Part shown: positions 20,537 through 29,032 of the stretch, one piece after another
How positions within the stretch are numbered: the first letter of the stretch is position 1
Layout: each line of letters starts with the position of its first letter
Virus record (IMG/VR): IMGVR_UViG_3300032214_000909
Coordinates: 1-56,571 of that record
Reading direction: 5' to 3' (one strand)
Length of the DNA: 56,571 nucleotides
From: a virus
Lineage: Duplodnaviria > Caudoviricetes
The notes under the pieces: model-generated
What the model saw: the letters and a program-made list of their open reading frames with translations, nothing else
Told to the model about the DNA's origin: nothing
Databases searched by the model: none
Translations under genes and position numbers: made by a program

Positions 20537-21519
20537 AGTTTAGCTACTGTAGTATTGATTTCATTTTTCAATTTGTCAATATCAATCTTTGGAATTTCTA
20601 CACCAATACTATTATGTGGTTGATAATTTCCTACATGATCTTTAACTGTAAACAAATTGAAACCTGTCTCAGGAATAAAGTTATTAATAGTATAATCCAT
20701 CGCTTTAATAAATTGATCGCACATATTCTTTGAATTAATACCACCTTCATTCATTGCCCATCTACGTCCTTCTAATCCACATTTTTCTCGTTGTTCAGAA
20801 GACATTAAATACCAATACATGATTGCTTCGGCGGATTCCTCCCATGTACATACATCATCAAAGATATATGGTGTAGGTACACTTCCTTGAATTGTTTTAA
20901 CACATGGCCAAATTGGCTTTGCCCATACACCATGATTTCTATATTTAGCCACACTGTTAGTGCCAAAGTTCAAATCAAATTCTAATGGTTTACCATTATC
21001 ATCTACTTGTCCAATTTGATCTTGCAGACCTCCGGTAACATTAACAATTACTGGAGTACCACACATAATTGATTCGGCAATACTCAATCCAAATCCTTCA
21101 TTTGAACTGGTTAGAATTGTTGCATCTGCAATATTATACATTGCACACATTTCTTCTGGACTAATCTTATGTTCAACAAATACAACATCATAATTAGGAC
21201 ACAATGCTTTAATTACTTCAGGTAAGTCTGTACCAGCATCTTGTACTTTTTCAGTATGTAATACAAACACACACTTAGCAGCTTGTTCTGGTGTAAGATT
21301 ATCACAAAAAGCTCTAAAAGCTAATACAGCATTACTAGTTTTCTTTCGTTGTACATTACGACTATTGTAAAATAATACAAAGTCATATTGTTTGTCACCG
21401 AATAATTGTTTTTTCTTTTCTTTAATAATCTTTTCAGTAGAACTCAATGGTCTAAATACATCACTGTTAATACCGTGAGGAACTAAATGTAACAAATGTT
21501 TTTTATTTTTAAATGGCAT
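20533..21519 (-). CDS. glycosyltransferase family 4, C-terminal (nucleotide-sugar-binding) half
   Basis: VPHGI, NSRNVQRK, NEGFGLSIAESIMCGTP, TGGLQDQ. Confidence 0.8.
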   Translation of the reverse strand: MPFKNKKHLLHLVPHGINSDVFRPLSSTEKIIKEKKKQLFGDKQYDFVLFYNSRNVQRKKTSNAVLAFRAFCDNLTPEQAAKCVFVLHTEKVQDAGTDLPEVIKALCPNYDVVFVEHKISPEEMCAMYNIADATILTSSNEGFGLSIAESIMCGTPVIVNVTGGLQDQIGQVDDNGKPLEFDLNFGTNSVAKYRNHGVWAKPIWPCVKTIQGSVPTPYIFDDVCTWEESAEAIMYWYLMSSEQREKCGLEGRRWAMNEGGINSKNMCDQFIKAMDYTINNFIPETGFNLFTVKDHVGNYQPHNSIGVEIPKIDIDKLKNEINTTVAKL

Positions 21520-21526
21520 AACTTTA

Positions 21527-22057
21527 TTAAGCTGGTTGGTTGTTTACTTCGTCTAGTGAGAAACAGTTTTCTGCTCCTAATACATGTTTAGCAATATTAT
21601 TTGATTGTTTACTAATAGCAAACAATGCATCACAACTCTGATAGAACGGTCTATTCCACATAGGATATGGCAAATCATCCCAAATATGAAGATATGTTAG
21701 TGGAATCTTTGCACGAACTTGTTTTTCAATTGCATATAACCATCCCCAGAATCTAGGATCGGTAAAATGCATAATTGCATCTGGTTTTTCTGCTTGCATA
21801 ACAGCAAATAATATTTGATCGTTACCATAACCATCAGTAGGATACAATTTAACATAAGCATCTGGCACATTAACCATATCTCTAGTAGCTTGACTCAAAT
21901 CAACAACTTTATTTGCTTCTGGATGTTTAATTGCTCCTGCAATTTGAACCCAGTCATAATGATGAACAGTACCCAAAACCAATTCTCTGGACATAGTAGC
22001 AATACCACTATGCATTCGTAAATCATCTGACAATAATAGAATTTTCTTTTTACTCAT
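21527..22057 (-). CDS. glycosyltransferase family 4, N-terminal (acceptor) half
   Basis: ILLLSDD...SGIAT, KPDAIMHFTDPR, WDD, CDALFAISKQ; ends TAA TAA 7 nt before the C-terminal half. Confidence 0.75.
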   Translation of the reverse strand: MSKKKILLLSDDLRMHSGIATMSRELVLGTVHHYDWVQIAGAIKHPEANKVVDLSQATRDMVNVPDAYVKLYPTDGYGNDQILFAVMQAEKPDAIMHFTDPRFWGWLYAIEKQVRAKIPLTYLHIWDDLPYPMWNRPFYQSCDALFAISKQSNNIAKHVLGAENCFSLDEVNNQPA

Positions 22058-22284
22058 ACTTTTTTAGATCCTGAAATGTTTAAAACTGTTTGTTGTGACG
22101 CTTCACTTAATACCGGCAATATAAAATTATAAAGTTTATCTCTAAACTCTTTGTCGTTCATATACAAATACATTGAACGACTTACTAAATCTTGTAAATT
22201 GAACTTACTCTTAATATTGTCGATCTTAAATGAATCATATAACTGTTTGTTTACCTTTATTGTTGTTATACTATCATATTTCAT
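22054..22284 (-). CDS. small DNA-binding protein (ribbon-helix-helix-like)
   Basis: TTIKV strand followed by two predicted helices (QLYDSFK; LQDLVSRSMYLY). Confidence 0.45.
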   Translation of the reverse strand: MKYDSITTIKVNKQLYDSFKIDNIKSKFNLQDLVSRSMYLYMNDKEFRDKLYNFILPVLSEASQQTVLNISGSKKV

Positions 22285-22296
22285 ACAACATATATG

Positions 22297-22316
22297 TATA
22301 TGTATATATACATATA
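22297..22316. promoter_or_regulatory. 20-bp perfect palindrome TATATGTATATATACATATA, possible operator
   Basis: Self-complementary; lies 12 nt upstream of the RHH-like gene heading the leftward operon; low complexity. Confidence 0.3.
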
Positions 22317-22324
22317 TATTAATT

Positions 22325-23233
22325 TTAATTCAACAATTTATCTTCTTTACCATCACAGTTTACTTTGTGATGTGAACAGTATTTACAATTCTTCTTTGCT
22401 TTACCAGGAATCTTTGGATATGAACCACTTACATTATAAGTTCCATCTACCGTAAAACATTCTGTAACAAATGTACCAAAATCATTGATGGTAGATATCA
22501 CTGCTTGTTTATTATGCATTGGTTCAAAGATTTGAATACGACTTTGTGGGAAATCTACATTTTCATATAGTTTTCTCTTCAAGATAAAGAATTCTACTTC
22601 AATCATGTTCAAATCTACAGCGAACTTCTTCGCATAAAATGCTTTATATAGTAAGATCTGACTAAACTTTGCTGGATCTTCCTTTTGATACTTATTCCAT
22701 CCATTAGAACTGGTTTTAAAGTCATAAATCTTATATTTGCCAGTTTCTTTATCTTTAAGAACCAAGTCTAGATACGCAATAAAATCCACATTGTTTTTAA
22801 TAGACATATCCAATGGTACTTCAATACCAATAAATTCATATTTTTGTGACGGAAAGTATTTGAGCCGATTCTTTGAACTTAGAAATGTCTTTAAAATATC
22901 TTCTCCGTCAAAGATAAATTCAGTGTATTCATCATCGGTAAATGTAAATTTACTATCTGGTTTACTTTTTTCTTTTACAATTTCATCCTCAAATTTAACT
23001 TTGAACAATTCATATAAATTAAGACTATCTGCTTTTTCAACAGATTCAGTATATAGTGTTTGTAAAAATGTTTGAATAGAATGATGAATTGCGGTACCAA
23101 AGAATATATTTAAACTAGCATCATAGATTCGTTTACCTTCCAGATAGTTAAGTTTCCAGCTATATGGACACTTCATCCACATAGAATACTGACTGAAACT
23201 TACTTTTTTCTTTTTTATTTCTTGATTTTCCAT
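22325..23233 (-). CDS. PD-(D/E)XK nuclease, Cas4/RecB/AddB-like exonuclease
   Basis: SFSQ...CP, E..., LDLV, IYDFKT, QILLY, C-terminal CKYC......C (1+3 Cys Fe-S staple). Confidence 0.85.
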   Translation of the reverse strand: MENQEIKKKKVSFSQYSMWMKCPYSWKLNYLEGKRIYDASLNIFFGTAIHHSIQTFLQTLYTESVEKADSLNLYELFKVKFEDEIVKEKSKPDSKFTFTDDEYTEFIFDGEDILKTFLSSKNRLKYFPSQKYEFIGIEVPLDMSIKNNVDFIAYLDLVLKDKETGKYKIYDFKTSSNGWNKYQKEDPAKFSQILLYKAFYAKKFAVDLNMIEVEFFILKRKLYENVDFPQSRIQIFEPMHNKQAVISTINDFGTFVTECFTVDGTYNVSGSYPKIPGKAKKNCKYCSHHKVNCDGKEDKLLN

Positions 23234-23241
23234 TTGAACAC

Positions 23242-23270
23242 TTTACATTATAACTAAGATAAGTCAATTT
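23242..23270 (-). promoter_or_regulatory. possible sigma70-type promoter for the nuclease gene
   Basis: Minus strand TTGACT-16 nt-TAAAGT just upstream of the ATG; coordinates approximate. Confidence 0.35.
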
Positions 23271-23290
23271 ATAACAACTATTTATTCTAT

Positions 23291-24025
23291 ATGAACAAAA
23301 TTATAATTATTCTACTAAGCTGTGTGTCCTTGTTTGCCAATGAATTATTTTTGTATGACGCAAACGAAAAGACCGAACTATCTGAAGTCGTTGATAACAA
23401 ATTGAATTTATTACCAACTACTAGTGGTAAAACATTCACTTTGTCAAATGGATTGTCCATTACCACCAAAACCAATGATTATGCCAACTATGTATTTCCA
23501 CATCAAATTGCAGTAAATCAATTGGAAAATACATCTGTATATTTTAGCCAAACTCAAACAGTATATGAAAATGATTTCAAATTGCCAAATATCGTTAAAG
23601 TAAAGGAAAGTTTGTTTAATTTTACATTTGACGGAGAGATTTATTGTGTCAACGCAACCACTAATGTATATAACATCGGTACTGCTATGGGATTCATTAA
23701 CTTCGGTAAAAGTAAATTCTTTGCTAAATCTGGTTCAAAATATACACACATATATGTAGTAGAAGGTAAAATTCTAGTATTGGATGGCAAATCCAGTAAA
23801 AAGAAAGAATTAAAAGAAGGTGATTACTTGGTAATTACACCACAAGTTAATTTAAGTCCTAGAAGCAATGTGGGTATTAGTACAGGTAATAGTTTCAGTG
23901 TCAAAGAAGTAGATGATGCAGAAAAAGAAATTCATACAAAAGAATTAGAAAAAATAAAAAATAAACTTGACAATGTTTTGTTCGTTAGTTATAGTACCAA
24001 TATATTTGGTATTAAACTAAAATGA
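23291..24025 (+). CDS. exported protein, weak FecR-like beta domain
   Basis: Signal peptide MNKIIIILLSCVSLFA; THIYVVEGKI...LKEG motif. Confidence 0.45.
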   Translation: MNKIIIILLSCVSLFANELFLYDANEKTELSEVVDNKLNLLPTTSGKTFTLSNGLSITTKTNDYANYVFPHQIAVNQLENTSVYFSQTQTVYENDFKLPNIVKVKESLFNFTFDGEIYCVNATTNVYNIGTAMGFINFGKSKFFAKSGSKYTHIYVVEGKILVLDGKSSKKKELKEGDYLVITPQVNLSPRSNVGISTGNSFSVKEVDDAEKEIHTKELEKIKNKLDNVLFVSYSTNIFGIKLK

Positions 24026-24249
24026 CATTAGATCAGTTACATTCATTAACAGAAGACGAAGTTATAATGCTTTGGGGTATAGTCAATATGGGAAATCCTC
24101 CCGTATTAGCTGGCCATCAAATGGAACCTGTACTTTTTCCCTCTATAAAAGACCATAAACTCAGAGAAAGAGTGATTCAGTTTGACAAATATGTCAAACC
24201 AGAGTACATTGGTATATACACTTCACTTAGAAGTAAGTTGGGTTATTAA
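24022..24249 (+). CDS. hypothetical protein
   Basis: ATGA-coupled ORF filling the gap before the polymerase. Confidence 0.6.
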   Translation: MTLDQLHSLTEDEVIMLWGIVNMGNPPVLAGHQMEPVLFPSIKDHKLRERVIQFDKYVKPEYIGIYTSLRSKLGY

Positions 24250-24251
24250 TT

Positions 24252-26786
24252 ATGTATCAAAATATATTCATCGACAAGAAGGAAAATGTTGTTCATTTGT
24301 GGGATGACGAAAAGGGTTATGTAACATTTCCATTCAGAAATTACGCATATAGAAAGAGTCCAAATGGTATTTATCGTTCGATTTATGGCGATAAACTAGA
24401 AAAGGTTTATAACTTCAATCCAAGAGATCCATCATTGTTTGAAAGCGACGTTCCTATGGAAACTCGTATTCTTATTGATGCATATGAAGATAGTGATGAA
24501 CCATCAAAGGGTCACCGTGTAGTAACAATCGATATCGAAGTTAGTTCCGAAGGTGGATTTCCAGTCATTGAAGAAGGTGATAAAGAAATCACTGCTATTG
24601 CTATTCATGATGATGCAACAAAACAATACACTGCGTTCATCTTAGATAAAGAAATGAAGTTGAAAGATAGTGTTAGTGACGGTGTTGAGATCAAATCTTA
24701 TGATAACGAAGAATCATTATTGATGCATTTCTTTACCAAATGGGAAGAAATTCAACCAACTATTGTTACGGGTTGGAACATCGATAACTTTGATATGGTT
24801 TACTTATACAACCGTGCAAAGCGTGTTGTTGGTGAAACTAATGCCAAACGATTGAGTCCAATTGGAATTTGTTACTTTAATAAATTCTTGGAAAGAATGT
24901 CCATTGCGGGTGTATCTTGTTTGGATTATATGATTCTATACAAGAAGTTCAGTGGTAAGAATGAACCAAGTTATGCTCTAGGTGCTATCGGAAAGAAGGT
25001 TGTTAATATCGATAAAATTAGTTATAAAGGCAGTTTAAATGATTTGTATAAAGAAGATATTAACAAGTACATTGAATATAATTTGAATGACGTTAAGATT
25101 GTTGTAGCTCTTGATAAGAAATTACAATTTATTGATCTAGCTAGAGGTATTTGTCATACTGGACATGTAGGTTATGAGAATTTTGGTATGAGTTCCAGAT
25201 TTCTGGAAGGTGCTATTCTTATTTATCTTCGTAGAAAGAAGCAAGTTGCTCCTAACAAGTCATTGGAAGGTCGAGCCGAATATGAAAACCAATTGGAACA
25301 GAATGAAGAAGGTTTTGAAGGTGCTTATGTTAAAGATCCTATTCCCGGCCGTTATGATTGGGTTTTTGACTTGGACCTCACATCAATGTATCCGAATATC
25401 ATCATCAGTCTTAACATCAGCCCTGAAACCAAGGTTGGTAAAGTAGACAATTGGAATGTGGAAGAATATGTAAAGAACGGATTGAATAGTATATACATCT
25501 CTGGCACTCCATATACTCCTTCTGATTTTAAATCAATGTTGTCGGAGAATAATTTTAGTATTGCTAGTAACGGAGTTCTGTATAAGAAACCAGGTGAAAG
25601 TGGTGAAATGGGAACTATTCCTAGTATTCTAGTCAAGTGGTTCGATGAACGAAAAAACTTAAGAAAGTTAGCTAAGAAACATGCGGATTTGAAAGAATGG
25701 GAAAAATATGAATTCTATGATAACAGACAAAAAATTCAAAAGATTTTGCTTAACAGTATTTATGGTTGTTTGGGTCTACCTGTATTCCGTTTTTATGATA
25801 AAGACAATGCTGAAGCAGTCACTTTGACTGGTGTTGATATTATTAAAACTGCGGGTAAATCTATCAATCAATATTATAAAACTGTATTAAAGGAAGATGG
25901 TGATTATCTTATTTACACTGATACCGACTCTTGTTTTGCTAGTGCTTTACCAATCATTCAAAAGACAATGCCAGATATTGATCTCAAGAATGAAGAACAA
26001 ATGACACATGCAATTCTAAAAGTTTGTGGAGAAGTTCAGACATTCGTAAATCAAATGTTTGATGTTATGGCAGATCGTATGTTTAATGTACAAAAACATA
26101 GATTTGATGCTAAACAAGAAGTTATTGCTAAGACTTCATTCTGGTTAGCTAAGAAGAGATATGCACAATTCATTATCAATAAAGGTGGTGTAGTGTGTGA
26201 TGAATTGGAAGTCAAAGGTATTGATGTTGTAAGAACATCATTTCCAGCCAAGTTTCGTACATTCATGCACGGTTTCTTGATTGACTTACTAAAGAAAGTA
26301 GAAAAAGAAACCATTGATAAGAATATCTTAGACTTTAAAGAAAGTATCAAGACATTGAATGTTATTGATATTGCTAAGAACACCAGTGTTAAATTTAGTA
26401 GTCAAGATAAAACAAAGGTGTATGATAGTAATAAACGACCAGCATTTAAGTTTGTAAGTGGTACTCCTGCACAAGCTAAAGCTGCTTTGGCTTATAATGA
26501 TCTACTTGTTAAGTGGAACTTGGTCAAATCAGTACCAAAGATTCTACATGGACAAAAGATCAAGTGGGTGTATATGAAACAAAATGAATATGGTATTGAA
26601 GGATTGGCTATGAAAGCTGATGGTACTGATCCTGACCAAATTATGGATTTCATTTTAAAGTATGTTGATCGTGAGGCAATGTATGAACAAGAACTAAAGA
26701 GTAAACTAGAAGACTTTTATAAGGTTCTTGGTTGGGATTATCCTAATGAAAATGATGCAAAAGCTAGTGAGTTTTTCGGATTTTAA
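24252..26786 (+). CDS. family B DNA polymerase (T4 gp43-like)
   Basis: Exo DIE, GWNIDNFD, YNLND; Pol DLTSMYP, KILLNSIYG, YTDTDS, KKRY; no intein or intron seen. Confidence 0.97.
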   Translation: MYQNIFIDKKENVVHLWDDEKGYVTFPFRNYAYRKSPNGIYRSIYGDKLEKVYNFNPRDPSLFESDVPMETRILIDAYEDSDEPSKGHRVVTIDIEVSSEGGFPVIEEGDKEITAIAIHDDATKQYTAFILDKEMKLKDSVSDGVEIKSYDNEESLLMHFFTKWEEIQPTIVTGWNIDNFDMVYLYNRAKRVVGETNAKRLSPIGICYFNKFLERMSIAGVSCLDYMILYKKFSGKNEPSYALGAIGKKVVNIDKISYKGSLNDLYKEDINKYIEYNLNDVKIVVALDKKLQFIDLARGICHTGHVGYENFGMSSRFLEGAILIYLRRKKQVAPNKSLEGRAEYENQLEQNEEGFEGAYVKDPIPGRYDWVFDLDLTSMYPNIIISLNISPETKVGKVDNWNVEEYVKNGLNSIYISGTPYTPSDFKSMLSENNFSIASNGVLYKKPGESGEMGTIPSILVKWFDERKNLRKLAKKHADLKEWEKYEFYDNRQKIQKILLNSIYGCLGLPVFRFYDKDNAEAVTLTGVDIIKTAGKSINQYYKTVLKEDGDYLIYTDTDSCFASALPIIQKTMPDIDLKNEEQMTHAILKVCGEVQTFVNQMFDVMADRMFNVQKHRFDAKQEVIAKTSFWLAKKRYAQFIINKGGVVCDELEVKGIDVVRTSFPAKFRTFMHGFLIDLLKKVEKETIDKNILDFKESIKTLNVIDIAKNTSVKFSSQDKTKVYDSNKRPAFKFVSGTPAQAKAALAYNDLLVKWNLVKSVPKILHGQKIKWVYMKQNEYGIEGLAMKADGTDPDQIMDFILKYVDREAMYEQELKSKLEDFYKVLGWDYPNENDAKASEFFGF

Positions 26787-26791
26787 TTGTT

Positions 26792-27208
26792 ATGAGTAAA
26801 TATAAAGAAATGCTAACCATCCCAATAGAGGATGGATCAAATATCCCTTTGTATCTAAATGCTCCACATTTTGCTATTTCTAAAGGTTATAACAGAGTGG
26901 TTATAGGACAACGGGGACCATATGTAGAATTTAATAAAAATCAAATCATTTGTAATGCATTGCATATACCGTGTAGTCAGTTATATAGATTAAGTGATCC
27001 AAAAGTATATTACATTGAATTTAGAACAACTGATTTTGATGTAAAAGTGTACTATCAAATGAGAAGTGTAGCTTATGCAGACTACAAGATAGGATATTTT
27101 TATATCTCACCAAGTGATTTATATAAAGTTGACGGATCTTCATGTATGGTTTTACCTGATGATTACACTGAAACAGCCAAAGAATTTTTTGATTTCGAAT
27201 CAAAATAA
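26792..27208 (+). CDS. hypothetical protein
   Basis: Conserved-looking RVVIGQRGPYVEF and YADYK motifs; no function recognised. Confidence 0.6.
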   Translation: MSKYKEMLTIPIEDGSNIPLYLNAPHFAISKGYNRVVIGQRGPYVEFNKNQIICNALHIPCSQLYRLSDPKVYYIEFRTTDFDVKVYYQMRSVAYADYKIGYFYISPSDLYKVDGSSCMVLPDDYTETAKEFFDFESK

Positions 27209-27212
27209 AAAA

Positions 27213-27241
27213 TAGACAAAACAAAAAAATGGTGGTAAATT
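27213..27241 (+). promoter_or_regulatory. sigma70-type promoter for the sliding clamp
   Basis: TAGACA-17 nt-TAAATT with extended TG. Confidence 0.45.
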
Positions 27242-27249
27242 AAAAAAGT

Positions 27250-27987
27250 ATGACAAAAGAAACATTAAAAACATTTATCAATAAATATTATCTAGGTGGA
27301 ACAATTGAATCCGTAAAGTGGGTTGCAAATACATCAAACAAACAGTTGATTACAAATGCAATTACTGAGGATAAGAATGTTCTATTGAAGGTTACACTCA
27401 ATAACTTCAGTGAATTGGAAGACGGTGAGTTAGGTATCAATGATACATCCAAGTTGGTTAAACTTCTTGGTGTATTAAAGGATGAAATCAAGGCCGAATA
27501 TAATAAGACTGGAGACAAACTTACCAGCGTACTGTTTAGTGACGAAACTACTGATGTACAGTATGTAATTGCGGATTTGAGTGTAATTCCATCTGCTCCT
27601 CCACTTAAGAAAGTTCCTCCATTTACTGTAGAAATTCCATTGGATGCTGACTTTATTTCGAAGTTCGTATCATCTAAGGGTGCATTGGCTGATGTAGATA
27701 CATTTACATTGACCATGAATAAGAAAGGTAAGTTGGAAATGATTATTGGTTATTCTAGTATCAATAGTAATCGTATTAAATTGGCAGTAAATGCGGTTGA
27801 AGGTAAAGATACTGTTACCAAGAATATTAACTTCAATGCTAATCATTTGAAGGAAATTCTTGTTGCTAATAAGGATTGTACCAATGCTCATTTGAAAGTT
27901 AGTGAAGCTGGATTGGCGAGTGTTGAATTCGTATGCGGTGATATTACTGCCGAATATTACCTTGTTGAAGTCAAGAGTATTGATTAA
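27250..27987 (+). CDS. DNA polymerase sliding clamp (T4 gp45-like)
   Basis: 245 aa between PolB and clamp loader; GIND..KL..LL and C-terminal LKVSEAGLA.VEF...AEYYLV clamp pattern. Confidence 0.75.
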   Translation: MTKETLKTFINKYYLGGTIESVKWVANTSNKQLITNAITEDKNVLLKVTLNNFSELEDGELGINDTSKLVKLLGVLKDEIKAEYNKTGDKLTSVLFSDETTDVQYVIADLSVIPSAPPLKKVPPFTVEIPLDADFISKFVSSKGALADVDTFTLTMNKKGKLEMIIGYSSINSNRIKLAVNAVEGKDTVTKNINFNANHLKEILVANKDCTNAHLKVSEAGLASVEFVCGDITAEYYLVEVKSID

Positions 27988-28006
27988 TAGTTATTAATAA
28001 AATGTT

Positions 28007-28039
28007 ACCCCGTATATTGTAAAGTATACGGGGTTTTTT
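28007..28039 (+). terminator. intrinsic terminator
   Basis: ACCCCGTATA-loop-TATACGGGGT perfect 10-bp stem followed by T run. Confidence 0.85.
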
Positions 28040-28044
28040 GTTGG

Positions 28045-28072
28045 TTGACATTTGGATTTCGTATGGTAAACT
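28045..28072 (+). promoter_or_regulatory. sigma70-type promoter for clamp loader and downstream genes
   Basis: TTGACA-16 nt-TAAACT with extended TG, directly after the terminator. Confidence 0.6.
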
Positions 28073-28081
28073 AATAAAGAT

Positions 28082-29032
28082 ATGAGTTTTATTGCATTTG
28101 AAGAAGTTAAACAAACTGAAACGCAACATTATCTATGGGTTGAGAAATATCGTCCCAATACATTAGAAAATTATATTGGAAATCAACAATTAAAGGATAC
28201 TGTCAAAGGTTATATTGAGAAACATGACATTCCTCATTTGTTGTTTTATGGTACTGCTGGTACTGGTAAGACTACATTGGCTAAAGCAATCACAAAGAAT
28301 ATTGATTGTGATGTGATGTATATCAATGCATCCGATGAAAACAGTGTAGACAATGTACGAACCAAGATTAAGAGTTTTGCCAGTAGTGTTGGTTTTAGGA
28401 AGATTAAGGTTATTATCCTTGACGAATCTGATTTCTTGAGTCCAGAAGCTCAAGCAGCTCTTCGTAATATGATGGAAACTTATAGTTTGACTACACGGTT
28501 TATTTTGACTTGTAACTATGTAGAAAAGATTATCCCTCCTATAGTTTCTCGTTGTCAGACATATAAAATTGAACCGTTGAGCAAAAAAGAAGTGGCGGTA
28601 CATTTAAAGATGATTTTGGATAAGGAAAATGTACAATATACACCAGAAGATTTGGGTTATATTGTTAATACATATTATCCAGATATTCGTAAGGTTCTAA
28701 ACTACAGTCAACAAAGTGTTATAAATAATAAGATTAAGATCAGTGAATTGAATAGTACTAATGTTGATGTTAAGAACAAAATTGTAGAATTGTTAAAAGT
28801 TCGTGGTTCAACTGCTTTTAATGACATTAGACAGTTAATTGCGGATAGTGACATCAAACATTATGAGGAAATTTATGAAGTATTGTTTGATAAGGTGGAC
28901 GAATATTCAAATGGTAAACAGTCTCTTGTGATTTTAACTCTTGCGGAATATATATATCAAAGTGCCATGGTAGTTAATCGTGAGATTACTTTCATGGCTT
29001 GTATTGCCAAGTTACTTAAAGATTTAAAATAA
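28082..29032 (+). CDS. clamp loader AAA+ subunit (T4 gp44/RFC small-like)
   Basis: WVEKYRP, GTAGTGKTT, INASDE, LDESD, AQAALR, SRC. Confidence 0.95.
   Translation: MSFIAFEEVKQTETQHYLWVEKYRPNTLENYIGNQQLKDTVKGYIEKHDIPHLLFYGTAGTGKTTLAKAITKNIDCDVMYINASDENSVDNVRTKIKSFASSVGFRKIKVIILDESDFLSPEAQAALRNMMETYSLTTRFILTCNYVEKIIPPIVSRCQTYKIEPLSKKEVAVHLKMILDKENVQYTPEDLGYIVNTYYPDIRKVLNYSQQSVINNKIKISELNSTNVDVKNKIVELLKVRGSTAFNDIRQLIADSDIKHYEEIYEVLFDKVDEYSNGKQSLVILTLAEYIYQSAMVVNREITFMACIAKLLKDLK

Noticed and set aside
22325-23233. Cas4 as evidence of a CRISPR-Cas system
   Set aside because: No cas1/cas2 or array in the window; solo Cas4/RecB-like nucleases are common phage recombination genes
24252-26786. Intein or intron in the DNA polymerase, clamp loader or helicase
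   Set aside because: Lengths are normal, motifs are contiguous, and no intein splice or LAGLIDADG motifs were seen
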